Source of the DNA: Octopus bimaculoides
Taxonomy: Eukaryota
Assembly: GCF_001194135.2 (NCBI RefSeq)
Contig: NC_068984.1
Coordinates: 92,613,555-92,646,434, forward strand
Length of the DNA stretch: 32,880 nucleotides
Direction of reading: 5' to 3'
Part shown: one piece after another, positions 10,383 through 21,590 of the stretch
How the letters are laid out: each line of letters opens with the position of its first letter
Numbering within the stretch: the first letter of the stretch is position 1
Program-made: the position numbers and the translations under genes
Notes under the pieces: generated by a model
What the model was told of the DNA's origin: nothing
The model's database searches: none
What the model saw: the letters and a program-made list of their open reading frames with translations, nothing else

Positions 10383-11565
10383 ACATTATATATTTAAAAT
10401 AACATATGTTTACTATAGACTTCTACTAATGCATGTGCAATGATATACTATGACCAGCCAGAGTTAACTGCACCATACATAAACATGTAGCCAGCCAGCT
10501 TTGTTTCCTCATAAATGTTAGCAGAATAAATTTTTTTTTTTAAATTTTCTACAAATATGTTTCAGATGTTGTTGATTCTGATTATATTAGAATTTGTTTT
10601 GAAATAAATTTTTTGGAACAAAATGTAATGTATGTCAGTATGTTTGTGTGCTATCCCACCAATTTTTATTTTTATATTAAATTCCAATATAATCATAATA
10701 TCCACATTTTGAAAGGTATTTGCTGAAATTTTCATTTAAAAATACTAATTTTTCAGAAAGTTGAGAAAACAAAGCTCACTCATGTGAATTTTCTGAAACT
10801 CCTCTCCCCACTTCCCCAAATCATTTTTTCTTCAACAATTTCAGACATAACTAGAACCTATGCCAGCTGAAGTATATTTGTAGAAAATTTCATCAAAAAA
10901 TATCCATTTTTCTGGAAGTTATAAAGAAACAAAGTTGGTGAGGTACAACTATGTATGTATGCCCATTGCTTTAAAATAAGTAATATAATGATCACAATGC
11001 TATTAGATATAACCATAAGAGAGGAAAGAAGAGACCTGGCAGAGGAAGAAGTGGTGGAGATATAAACTAAAAAAGAGAAGGAGAGAAAAGTGAGAAAATA
11101 CAAGAGACAACAAAGAGAGACAGAGGATTGATACAAGACAAGACACATCTACATTATATATTTAAATAATACATGTTTACTATGGACTTCCACTAACGCA
11201 TGTGCAATGATAAACAGTGACTAGCCAGAGTTGCACCATACTACACATATGCACCCCACTGACTTTGTTTCCTCATAACTTTTAGAAAAATGGATATTTT
11301 TTAAATCAAATTTTCTACAAATATGCTTCAGATGACATAGATTTTGATTATATCAGAATTTTGTTTTGAAATAAATTTTCTGAAAGAAAATGTAATATGT
11401 GTCAGTGTGTATGTGGTTATCCCACCAACTTTTATTTCCATACCAAATTCCAATTTAATTGTAATCTACACATTCTGAAAGATATTGGTTGAAATTTGCA
11501 TTTAAAAGTACCTATTTTTCAGAAAATTATAAAGAAACAAAGCTGACTTGCATGAATTTTCTGTT
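10383..11565. repeat. Two diverged tandem copies (about 10383-10797 and 11151-11565) of an AT-rich element with inverted arms
   Basis: Collinear by eye (acattatatattt...gcatgtgcaatga...ttttctacaaatatg...tatcccacca...tgaattttctg). 10864-10935 is the reverse complement of 11262-11330. Confidence 0.8.
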
Positions 11566-11984
11566 AAAACTGTTAAAACTGATATTATGAAAAAGTTAAT
11601 GAAGTGAAAGAAATATATGTTCCTGGATTTGTTTTTTAACCTATTGCTGTATATTGTTACTGCTGTAATCCTTAATGTTGAATTGTTATAACACCCACTC
11701 TGGTATGGCAGTATAGTTAGTAAGACAAGTAAGACCATGACTATCTATGACCGTCTACTTTATACTCTCACCTTATACTGACTGACGTCATCTTATTTAT
11801 AGCAACTAACATATACCACTCATCACATGGGTTGGGTGTACCATTATTACTATTATCCCCATAGCATTTACTGAGTGTTTTTGTTTTTTGATGGTGATGG
11901 TTATGCTAAGAAAATGTGATTTCATCACTGCAAAAGTATGATTTCATTATTGATTATATAATTCATCCATCCTCAATTAAAGTC

Positions 11985-12540
11985 ATAATCATCAGCATCA
12001 TTTAACATCCATTTTTCCATGCTGGCATAGGTTGCATATTTTGATAGGGCAAGACAGTAGATGATGCCAGGCTCTAATGTCTAGTTTAGCATGATTTCTA
12101 TGGCTGGATGCCCTTTCCTAATGCTAGCCAGTTTATAGAGGGCTTTTATGTGGCACCAGTATGGTAATAATGTGGGCTTTTATGTGGCACCAGCATGGTA
12201 ATATAGTTTCTATGATTGGATGTCCCTCCTAATGTCAACCCCTTTATAGTATACTGGGTGCTTTTAAGATAGCACCAGTGACTTTTTACATGGCACCAGC
12301 ACTGGTGGGATCTCCAAATAACTTTCAAAACCTAGAACCCTTGAGTGGGGAGAGGTTAAAGTATGACAGATAATTAGAGATAAGTGTCTTGCTATGGAGG
12401 TAACGCAGTTAGAAAAGAAAGGCTAGAAAGGGAGGGGGAGTGAGTTATAGTGGAAGGTAGGGAGATATGGCTACCCTAGTTGGGAAAGAAAAGAAAGAAA
12501 AAGAGAATGGAGGATAAAGAGAGGTTTATATACCCAACAT
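11985..12540 (-). mobile_element. RTE LINE 3' UTR and tail fragment
   Basis: (CAT)n-tttaacatcc...ccatgctggcat...ggctggatgccc, like 3418, followed by a purine-rich UTR segment. Confidence 0.7.
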
Positions 12541-12748
12541 GTTTGAGTATTTTATAATTCAACTTGCATTATAGCAGCTTACAATAAGCTACACTACTTT
12601 CAAACTTTAAGTTCACTCCAAACTTTTTATTGTTTCCATATTTTGTAATTTGTGTATAGATGATGCCAAGCTTGATGTGCAGATAAATACTGTTTGCTAT
12701 TGTGTATGACTGAAATCTGTTTTGTCAGTTTCATTGTCAGAAGTCTTT

Positions 12749-15700
12749 CTAAATGAGAACTTCCTTGTAATCAACATTCTTTATGGAATGTTTGTCATTT
12801 GGTGTATATATGTTCAACCCTAGAAATCCTATGAACACTCTAGAGAAGGCAACATATAATTGTCCAAGTGTGAATATGGGCTTTGGTAAATACAAAGCAA
12901 GTTTTTCAAATGTTTGTCCTTGTCACTTATTAAGTGCCATTTTTTTTTTTGTTTTGTTAACTTAATGGGAAACTCCTGGTATAAATACAGTCTTTTGTGA
13001 TGCTGACTTTCAGTTATGATTTTTGCGTTAATGAATTTTTCTTGAACGTCTTGAAATAACTAAACCTGTGTACCATTACAAATATCATTAGCTTGGTCAG
13101 TTGTACATATGTGTGATGGCAAGCCTGAAATATTTAGTGTATTTAAGTACTCTGTTGTGAATTCTGAAGGGTCATCCTAATGAAAACATTGATCATCATT
13201 AAAGAGAACCTTTCAACTCCTGGAAACAGTTTTAGTATCTCCTCATTGATGAGGATATACTAAATTAACATTAATCAATCTTTGAAAACCTTTCTGGCTC
13301 TGTAATGCATTCCTGTATGACATTTCTATTGAAAACCAAGGAAATGAGGTCGTTGAAATCATGAACAATGTTACATCCCTGGGGTATAATAATTTTGCCA
13401 TTTGCTTCTTCTACAGAACCATTTCCTACATGAAGTATAAAGCTGTTGAACTGAATTTGGTTGTTTTGATCTTCTGAATTCTGTGCATATAATTTTAACT
13501 GCATATTTTTCTATCAGTTGAATTTTTTTATATCTTTTCATAAAGATGAATCAATAAAGCTGCTGTCTACTATCTGTGTTCTATTTCCACTAAAAGTTAT
13601 TACATTTCTGCCAAACAGATGTTCAAATCTAGGGTCGACTCTTTTCATAAGATCTTATGATGTTCTATCCAATACTTCTGGGAAGAAACAGTGAGACATG
13701 AGAGTAATTCATCCCAAATTATAACTATGGAAGCCGCTTTGTACGCTGTATGCATGACATGTGATACTATTAAATGGATTGAAGGGAAGGGAGACAGCAG
13801 AATGGGCCATTGTATTCCCAGTAAGTAGCAATACAGGTATAGCAGATTATGCAGTTGCTATTGCAATTGTTCCTTCTTTGTGGATATAGGAGAGAAGGAC
13901 ACTATAGAGAAAAGTTTTACATGATTCACCCAGCACATCAATAAACACAGTTTTAGCAATGAGAATCTTGTGATTGTAAGTATCTACTTTTGAAATGTGA
14001 ATTGCCTCTACAATGATCTGGAACACTGGTTGTTGATTACAATTTAACTTTTGATATTTTTATCAAAGAAACTCTTTTGTTCAAGATGTGGAAAAAATTT
14101 AAGTTCTTGCAGAATGAATGTACTGATGATGAAAGTATTTACATTTGGTATACTCATGAAGGGTGGGGGAGGTGTTTAATGCTGAATCATTTTCTCTTAA
14201 AATAAGTTCAGTTATTTTTTTTGTGTAATATATGTGATTCTAGGTTATCATTGATATCTTCTACTTCTAAAGCAGTCATTTGATCTTCTGCAAGTCGCCT
14301 TTCAAATGCTGTAAATAATTTGTCTGAGCAGAAAAGTCTCTGTAGCTGATATGTAGTTGCTTAAACATTTGCAAACTTCAAGGTTATCATATGCTAAGCC
14401 CAGTTTCATTGCAGCTTCTTTCTAAGTATGGAAAACTACACCATCAATAGTTCTCATATCTTCAAATGATATAGATCCAGGAATATGATGCAATAAAGCT
14501 CTCAGAATTGCTCCTGTTCCTTTGGCAAAACAAAGTAGATATGCTCAATTGTGTAGATATTATTTTTCTGAGATGCCATAATTTCTCAGTGTTATTCCAT
14601 GTGTGACATTCAGGGAAAAGTGAAAATGACTTAGCTGGTGATTCCCTACTAACTTGCATCCATTCAGTGAGGGTGGACTTGTAATGAGTATGAATAATAT
14701 GTTGACTATCATCATCATTAAAGTAAACTTATTGCTGTTTGGAGCAAATGAAATGTATGCTGTTGAAGGATATGAATCATGTAATTCAAAACCTAAATCC
14801 TCCAGACTGTCTCTGATGAGGATACATAGATGTCGTTAGTATAATTTTCAACTTCATCTTTGTGGGTTCCTCTTCGTTGTGCATTTATTTGTCCATTAAT
14901 ATTGACTGTCACATGATCACAATTTTTATGAATATATTTGCTAATATATTTAATTGATTTTACAGCTGCACATATCTCTACATTACAATGAACTCTATAT
15001 TTGACAAAAAAAGAAGAGGGAATATGGTAGTACTGAACAAATATTTAATTTGACATTTAACTTTATAAATGTAGAACCATTATTTCAACATCATTAAAAT
15101 GGATAGCCATTATAGTTGTGTAATGTATTTTCCTAAATGTCTTTAGTTGAAATGTTTTTTTTTTTACATTTCCCATCAATCATACATGTTGCATTGGGTT
15201 GACCTCCCCCGCATGAACCATACAGCATGCTTTTGGTGACATGTTGCGGAAGTGCAACGGCCCAGTGGTTAGGGCAGTGGACTCACAGTCAGAGGATTGT
15301 GGTTTGAATTCCCAGACCGGGCGTTGTAAGTATTTATTGAGCAAAAACACTTAAAAGCTCCATGAGGCTCTGGTAGGAGGGTGGGAGGCGAACCCTGCTG
15401 TACTCTTTCACCACAGCTTTCTCTCACTCTTTCTTCCTGTTTCTGTTGTGCCTTGTCACACTCTGTGTCATGCTGAATCTCCCCAAGAACAACATTAAGG
15501 GTATACGTGTCCGTATAATGCTCACCCACTTGCACATTAATTTCACAAGCATGCTGTTCTGTTGATTCGATCAACTGGAACCCTCATCGCCATAACCGAC
15601 GGAGTGCTGTAGGTGATATGTTGAAATAGAATCAGTTATTTGTGGATTCAGAAGTTCTGCATAAACAACCTTATCATTATGTTATAGATCTAACATATTC

Positions 15701-16560
15701 TTTTTTTTAATATGAACAACATATGATAATGGGGTAGCCCACATGTACCCTGTAATCTCATCTAAAATGTTCTCCAAAATGTTATGTAAGAGATCCCAAA
15801 GCTTCATATTAAATACTTTGTTAGTTAAACCTGGTCTGTCAGCTGGTGTTTATCTTGGATAAAGTTCATCTTGTGATTCCTTTCCATTGAGAAAAGTGAT
15901 GCAGAAATTTGGTTTTCCCAACGTTTGAATAATTGCTATCAAGTCTTGGTATAGTTTCTGCATTCATCATGGGCCTCCTATGAATGCTGTAGGTATGATT
16001 ACTCTTTTATCTACATCTGAGCAGTGGGAATACATATAATCATGAATATTTTGATACATTTCTGCCCTGATATTTCATTTGATTATATTGAATCCACTGT
16101 AACCTTGCTTCTTTAATCTTGGACTACATATTACACTAATATTCCAGAGTTAAATGATCTGAGTTGTGAAGGAAATGGAAATCATATACTCAAACCATGA
16201 GCAAAATCTATCAGTGATATTTTATGACTCTTACCGCCAAAGTCAACAGTTGACTCTCCATCCCCTATCACCAAATGGAAATAGCAATTGGAACTGCAGT
16301 GGGTCATAATTTGGATGCATTGAATTGATTGATTGTATAAAAGATTCACCAGGAACACACCTTTTACACAGTGTCAGAAGTCTTTGTGGTTGTACTGCTA
16401 CAAAATTCACATCTGGCATAATAACTGCAACTTCTGCAGCTGAATGATTGCATGTTTGGTTACAAGTTGTAGGAATGTGTTTGTTTTCTAGGATAACAAA
16501 TGAGAACTCCTGTGTATTAACAGTGTTTAAATATTCTACACTGTAATTTTGCTGATGCAG
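12749..16560 (-). mobile_element. Decayed Helitron Rep/helicase ORF, nearly full length, with many stops and frameshifts
   Basis: Motifs in the expected order: AAEVAVIMP...HPNYDPLQFQLLFPFGDRGW; IIPTAFIGGP..MQKLYQDLIAII..LGKPNF; MLYGSCGG..NATCMIDGKC; DMRTIDGV; LGESCKTF (decayed Walker A); ILHVGNG; LNISGLPSH; QGQTF..LYLPKPIFTLGQLYVAFSRV; KNVDYKEVLI* with stop at 12749. Confidence 0.9.
15247..15611 (+). mobile_element. tRNA-derived SINE inserted into the Helitron, with a 12-bp target-site duplication
   Basis: ggtgacatgttg (15235-15246) and ggtgatatgttg (15612-15623) flank it. The head has cccagtggttaggg and ggtttgaattccc. Removing it restores the Helitron frame FQHITKSMLYG. Confidence 0.85.
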
Positions 16561-17130
16561 CTGAGTTTTTCTGAGAACCTCATAATGCCAGAAGTCCCAT
16601 CCCTTGTCATCTTATCCTTAAAGCTTGAGGTTCTAAGGTCATGTCTTCCAGTAAGATGTGATATAAGGGAGATTTGGTTGCTATTTCTAGCATGTTGAGT
16701 GAGCATATAGAAATCTTATTTGCTGATGATATGTCTGCTGGATCAGGGCTGACATACTCATTTGAAATTTTTTTCAATGCCTTTCAAAATATTTTTAAAA
16801 CTTTAAGGCTAGTTAGATTGATATGTTTCACTAAAACCATCAAAAATTAGTCACTGCTAAGCCCCCTCCACTCCACTCCTCAAGTATCATACATTTGTCG
16901 TGAAGCACAGTTAAACAGATTTGAAGGTCAGATTCGTTTTATAAATTTACTAATACTTAATAGCCTTGTATGTATGTTATTTTATTACTTGTGTTGAAGA
17001 GAAAAATACTAAAATTAGATTCACCTTTGTTAAAAGTAATGAAATATGAATTTAGTAGAACACTGGCAAGAGATGCGACATGATAGTCAACTGTCAGCAG
17101 CAGAAAAAGTAAATGTAAGATTAAATGCAA

Positions 17131-17200
17131 TTATGTTAAAAGCAATGAAAAGTTATGTTATAAAGCAATGAAAAGTTATGTTATAAAGCAATGAAAAATT
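17131..17200. repeat. About 3 copies of a 22-23 bp tandem unit (TTATGTTATAAAGCAATGAAAAG)
   Basis: ttatgtta at 17131, 17153 and 17176. Confidence 0.85.
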
Positions 17201-17234
17201 ACTGCCTAAATACTGCCAAGAAATTTTAATAACT

Positions 17235-17258
17235 CACATACACATGCACACACACACA

Positions 17259-17320
<62 letters not shown>
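17235..17320. repeat. (CA)n microsatellite
   Basis: Directly visible. Confidence 0.95.
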
Positions 17321-17321
<1 letters not shown>

Positions 17322-17339
17322 TTTTTTATGCAGTGACCT

Positions 17340-17512
17340 GAATAATAATAATAATAATTACAACAACATCAAAAAATACCTTAGGAATGAGAACCCAGGT
17401 TCGAAATTTCCCCAAGTCACCTGATGAAGGCTGGAGGGTATATCAGCCGAAACATTGTGTTAACAACAAACAAGATGAGGACAAATATCTGTTGAATGTA
17501 AATAATGTAAAT
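17340..17512 (+). mobile_element. Penelope-like terminal repeat fragment (family 1) with (AAT)n and a hammerhead-like motif
   Basis: cacctgatgaaggctgg...cagccgaaacattgtgtt. The family assignment is inferred from the hammerhead architecture. Confidence 0.6.
17416..17461 (+). ncRNA. Minimal type I hammerhead ribozyme remnant
   Basis: CUGAUGA (17421-27), extra A, perfect stem II GGCUG/CAGCC, GAAA (17449-52), then CAUU where CGUU is expected. Stem I is GUCAC/GUGUU with one mismatch. Confidence 0.6.
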
Positions 17513-18945
17513 AAAGCAGTAGTTATATTTGATCTAACCAGAATTGTTTCAAACTTTGACTTGTATGAATCAATCAAAATTATATTTGATGACTCTTAGA
17601 TTATGAGCCAATAAGAGATCTACTCAGTTGCTTGATCTGCTACAAATAACAACCAAAACTGACTCATGTCATATTCTACAGTCTTAAAAAAAAGGAACAC
17701 ACTGGATAATCTATGTCTGTTGATCAGTTTAGCAGCCAGCAATCATTCCACTTACAGCCTTTTAGCTGCTTTTGCCCAAGCCTAACACCAGCCACTTTCA
17801 AATGTCATGAAAACAAATGGTATGCTGTTGAAACTACTTAATTCGATAAAGTACTACTATTTTGTAGTACACACCAAAAGTCTTCTGTTGATATATCTAC
17901 AGTGGGTTTACCCCCAAAGAAAAGGCATTAGATAATAATTTTTCCATCATAATTCATGGGATCTCAAAAGAAAGTGAAGGGAAACTGCTATTGTTACAAT
18001 AACAGTTGTTCATTATGCATGGTTGGTAAATTCTCAGAAAATAATAGAGATCTTACTATGCAACAACAGAATTGAACTTACATGATATCTGTTTACAGTG
18101 GGGAAACTAGATTATTGTACTACAAAAAGTAACTCGCTTCATTATCTTTGAAGAAGTGATTGCTTCATAACAAGATATCTACCAAAAGAAATCATTAGTT
18201 TGGAGCTACACTGTTATTTGACACATTACTCTCGCTATCTGATATTTTTATGTATTAGCTTCAGCTAGAAAGTGCATGACACATGCACTGTTTCTCTGGT
18301 ATGATAAAAATTCTGATAGCTCAAATTGCAAAAATGAAATTGTGACAATGAAATATCCTTAGCAATGTATTTTATAATATTTAATCCAAACTAAAATCAT
18401 TTTTGGAACTCAAGAAATAATTATTTTAAATGTGTCAAAAGATATTCTAAATAAAATGACAGCACATATGAAAATAGAGGAATAAATTCAAGTTAACTCA
18501 GCTTTGCATTTTAAGTGGTGATATTAGTAATTTCTGAGAAAATTTGGAATGTAGTGTTTATAAATAATATATTGTTTATTTATAATTAACCGATGGTCCC
18601 ATCCACTATTTTCTTCTGAGTTAGTGTTATAATTCTCAACTGCAAGACTTTTAGAACAAAAATGCCACTCTAACCTTTCAGCTATGAAATACAAAAGATA
18701 AGATCTTTGAAGTACTCAAGAAAACTTAATAGAAAAATTATTTTCAGTAGAAGACTAATGTAATACTAGCTGTATTTTAATAAATTCAAATTAAGAAATT
18801 AATTCCTTAAAAACACTTCAAAAAAAATAATAAGCCAAAAGTATCCAATGTAAATAAAATTCTCTAAAAATATGGTTATCTTATTACTGCAGCAAATGAA
18901 TCCAACATGCAAAGGTGTAGACTTTATGGAGGTATTGATACTCAC

Positions 18946-19046
18946 ACCATACTTTTGAGCAGCAAGAGCCACCTCTTGAATCACTGATTCACTGACAATG
19001 GGACGGGCAGCTTCATTTATTAGAATAATATCAAGCTCTTCACAAA
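18946..19046 (-). CDS. CRPPA: CRPPA/ISPD coding exon B: (V)CEELDIILINEAARPIVSESVIQEVALAAQKYG
   Basis: Acceptor cctttggcacAG and donor GTGAGT. 101 nt, in frame with exons A and C. Aligns with human [29 protein letters not shown]. Confidence 0.9.
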
Positions 19047-19441
19047 CTGTGCCAAAGGATCAACAATGAAAGGTAAGATTACATAGAAAATTACTGATTT
19101 TAAATATATAATCAAATTTAAGATATTTTTCATATGGCATAAGAACATTTTAGAATAATGAAAGGTTTTTTAACATTAATCTCAATCCAAAGTAAAAAGC
19201 TAATAATATTCAATTTAGGAAGTTCATATTCCTCAAGGCTCCTAACTTGGTGAAAAATGCAAAGTATATGCAAAAATTATATTATTAATTTTGAAACATT
19301 CTATCATTTCAAATATAAAATATTTAAAATGATAGTAATATAACAAAAGTTTGAAAATAAATTATCTTAGAGTTAAATATGAATATAAAATATTTAATGC
19401 AAGAAAATGAAACTAAATTAGAATTAAATAACAAGTGTTAC

Positions 19442-19602
19442 CTGAAGAAAGTGTCCTGATACCATTATAGATAGACCGATGCCTTGTAGCTCCAGCAATT
19501 GCTACATGGACTTTGTCTAACAGATGTTGACTAACTAAATCCTCAAGACTTTCTGAATACTCCTCAGCAACAGTGACAATAATTTTCTGGACCCAAGAAA
19601 TT
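19442..19602 (-). CDS. CRPPA: CRPPA/ISPD coding exon A (phase 2 start, phase 1 end): (R)ISWVQKIIVTVAEEYSESLEDLVSQHLLDKVHVAIAGATRHRSIYNGIRTLSS
   Basis: Acceptor ttttttattacttctAG and donor GTaaca. 161 nt. The translation matches the ISPD segment AGxTRHRSIxNG (human AGVTRHRSIFNG, recalled). Confidence 0.93.
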
Positions 19603-20239
19603 CTAGAAGTAATAAAAAAACAAATCGATATTTACTGAAAGTAAGCATGTATATGGTGTAAGGAAGATAAAGTTGCTGCATTGGCAACTTTTGGTCTTCC
19701 ACCTAAAAACAACCCTGGCCAGAACTGCATCTTGAAGAGGAACTCTGCAAGTGCAGAAACATAATAACTCTTATATATACATATGAGTATATAGCTCCAT
19801 AACACTGGTGGATAAAACAGTACTCAAATACCAAAAGTAGGATAAAATAAAATGTTTTATCAAAGCTGAAAAATATCTCAAACTCAGTTTCACATAACCA
19901 GTCATCAGACAGAAGTGAACTTTTGAAACAATACAGTGGTTTGCAAATGTTTATAAATGAAGCAATAATAAGTTGGCAATGCATCAAATAAATGTTTAAA
20001 GTTGATTGGACAGTGGGTTTGTAACTTTTCAAATTCAACAGAATCTATTGGATAATATGAATGACTGCCAACAAAAAATAATATTAACATCAAAAAACTA
20101 AAAATAGGTCACAAAATTAAAAACAAGGGCAAATGAGTATCATAAAACAAATAAATGAATAAGTGTGCTATTAGTGGAAAAGCAGAGTCTGTATAACAGA
20201 AAAAGAAAGAAGAAAAATAGAAGCATATTGGAGAGGGTG

Positions 20240-20705
20240 ATGGGAGTTGTGTTAATACTTGCAGGTAGTTATTATTACTGCTGACAACAAAAGTTTTTCC
20301 CATCAGTGATGAGCAGATTGGATGATATTTGTGTTAGAACTGTGATGTTGCATGGTAGTAAGACATGGGACTAGAATGCATAAGATTTTCAAAGACTAGA
20401 AGGATAAGTAGCTAGCATGCTTTCCTGGGTGTGTAACCTGAGGGCAAATAAGCAAAGAGAAAAACTGGGTATAAAAGAATCTGGTATAGTGTGCAAGAGA
20501 GGAAGCTATTTTAGATATGTGATGCATATTGAGGAGGATTGCAACATACTAAACTGACAAGCACTCCATGTTAGTAGAACCTGTGAAAGAGGGAGACCTT
20601 GAAAGACTTATAACTGGTGAAGACTGACCTGAAGATGTTGCATCAAATGACGATGACAATGACTGTTGATATGCAGTGCTACAGAAGATCTATTCACCCA
20701 TGGCA
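20240..20705 (+). mobile_element. Degraded RTE ORF2 C-terminal fragment
   Basis: Decayed GIKE..VQERKL, TCERGRP.KT and DLKML segments, homologous to the ORF at 3986. Confidence 0.6.
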
Positions 20706-20744
20706 AAATGTACCTTGATACAAGGTTAGTGTTTAAGAAGCCAT

Positions 20745-20915
20745 GATCATCACAATCATTATCATCATCATGACATGAGTTGGATGGTTTAACAGGATCT
20801 AATGAACCAGAGGACTACATTAAGCACCAATGTCTGTTCAACATGGTTTCAATAGATGGATGTCCTTCCAAATACCAACCACTTTACAGAGTGTGCAGGG
20901 TGCTTTTTCATAACA
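20745..20915 (-). mobile_element. RTE 3' tail fragment
   Basis: (ATC)n followed by ...tggatgtccttcc..ccaaccactttacagagtg..gggtgcttttt. Confidence 0.65.
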
Positions 20916-20931
20916 TTAAGTAACTAGGCAT

Positions 20932-21330
20932 AGGAGTGGCTGTGTGGTAAGTAGCTTGCTTATGAACCACATAGTTCCAGGTTCAGTCCCACTGCGTGGC
21001 ACCTTGGGCAAGTGTCTTCTACTATAACCTTGGGCCAACCAAAAGTGGATTTGGTAGACGGAAACTGAAAGAAGTCAGTCATATATGTGTATGTGGGCGT
21101 GTGTGTGTGTGTGTGTGTGTGTGTTTGTGCATCTGTGTTTGTCCCCCCCCCCCCAACATCGCTTGACAACTGATGCTGATGTGTTTACATCCCCGTAACT
21201 TAGCGATTCAGCAACAGAGACCAATAGAATAAGTACTAGGCTTACAAGGAATAAGTCCTGGGGTCGATTTGCTTGACTAAAGGCGGTGCTCCAGCATGGC
21301 CACAGTCAAATGACTGAAACAAGTAAAAGA
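20932..21330 (+). mobile_element. Full-length tRNA-derived SINE with an internal (GT)n
   Basis: A-box-like ggctgtgtggtaag, B-box-like ggttcagtccc, and an A-rich 3' end. Several partial copies lie in the window. Confidence 0.9.
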
Positions 21331-21392
21331 GTAACTTGCAAGACAAAGAAAAAGATTCCATAACTGAGTGGGGTTGTAGCAGAAAGACAGCT

Positions 21393-21590
21393 TTAACCCT
21401 TTCACAATCAGATTTCTTTGTCAAATGTATTGCTTATTTATTCACATTGTTTTGAATTAATCACATATCATTTTGTAGCTTCAAGATTTCAATTATGCAT
21501 TGGTATATTTTTAGAATGACATTGTAGAGTAGGTGTGGGAGGCTGGGTGTGGCCAGTTTTAACATAAAACAGATAGAATAATAACAGATA
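21393..21590. mobile_element. Possible truncated TTAA-site MITE (piggyBac-like end)
   Basis: Begins TTAACCCTTT and resembles a recalled octopus repeat. Only one end is visible. Confidence 0.35.

Noticed and set aside
12655-12682. Possible Helitron 3' hairpin and CTRR end (gcacatcaagcttggcatcatctata on the minus strand)
   Set aside because: Only an 8-bp palindrome (caagcttg), and the end reads CTAT, not CTRR. Too weak to call.
17770-18080. Possible second helicase remnant (LKVAGV-like) on the minus strand
   Set aside because: A single short motif with no supporting collinear motifs.
19903-19930. CTGATGA...GAAA on the minus strand (similar pairs at 24808 and 14814 on the plus strand)
   Set aside because: No stem II complementarity, so not a hammerhead.
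19703-20093. ORFs of 111 and 62 aa just upstream of exon A
   Set aside because: No CRPPA motifs, AT-rich composition and no compatible donor.
20932-21010. tRNA genes at SINE heads (also 9178, 9912, 15247, 22644)
   Set aside because: They have A/B-box-like motifs but no complete cloverleaf, and each continues into a SINE body.
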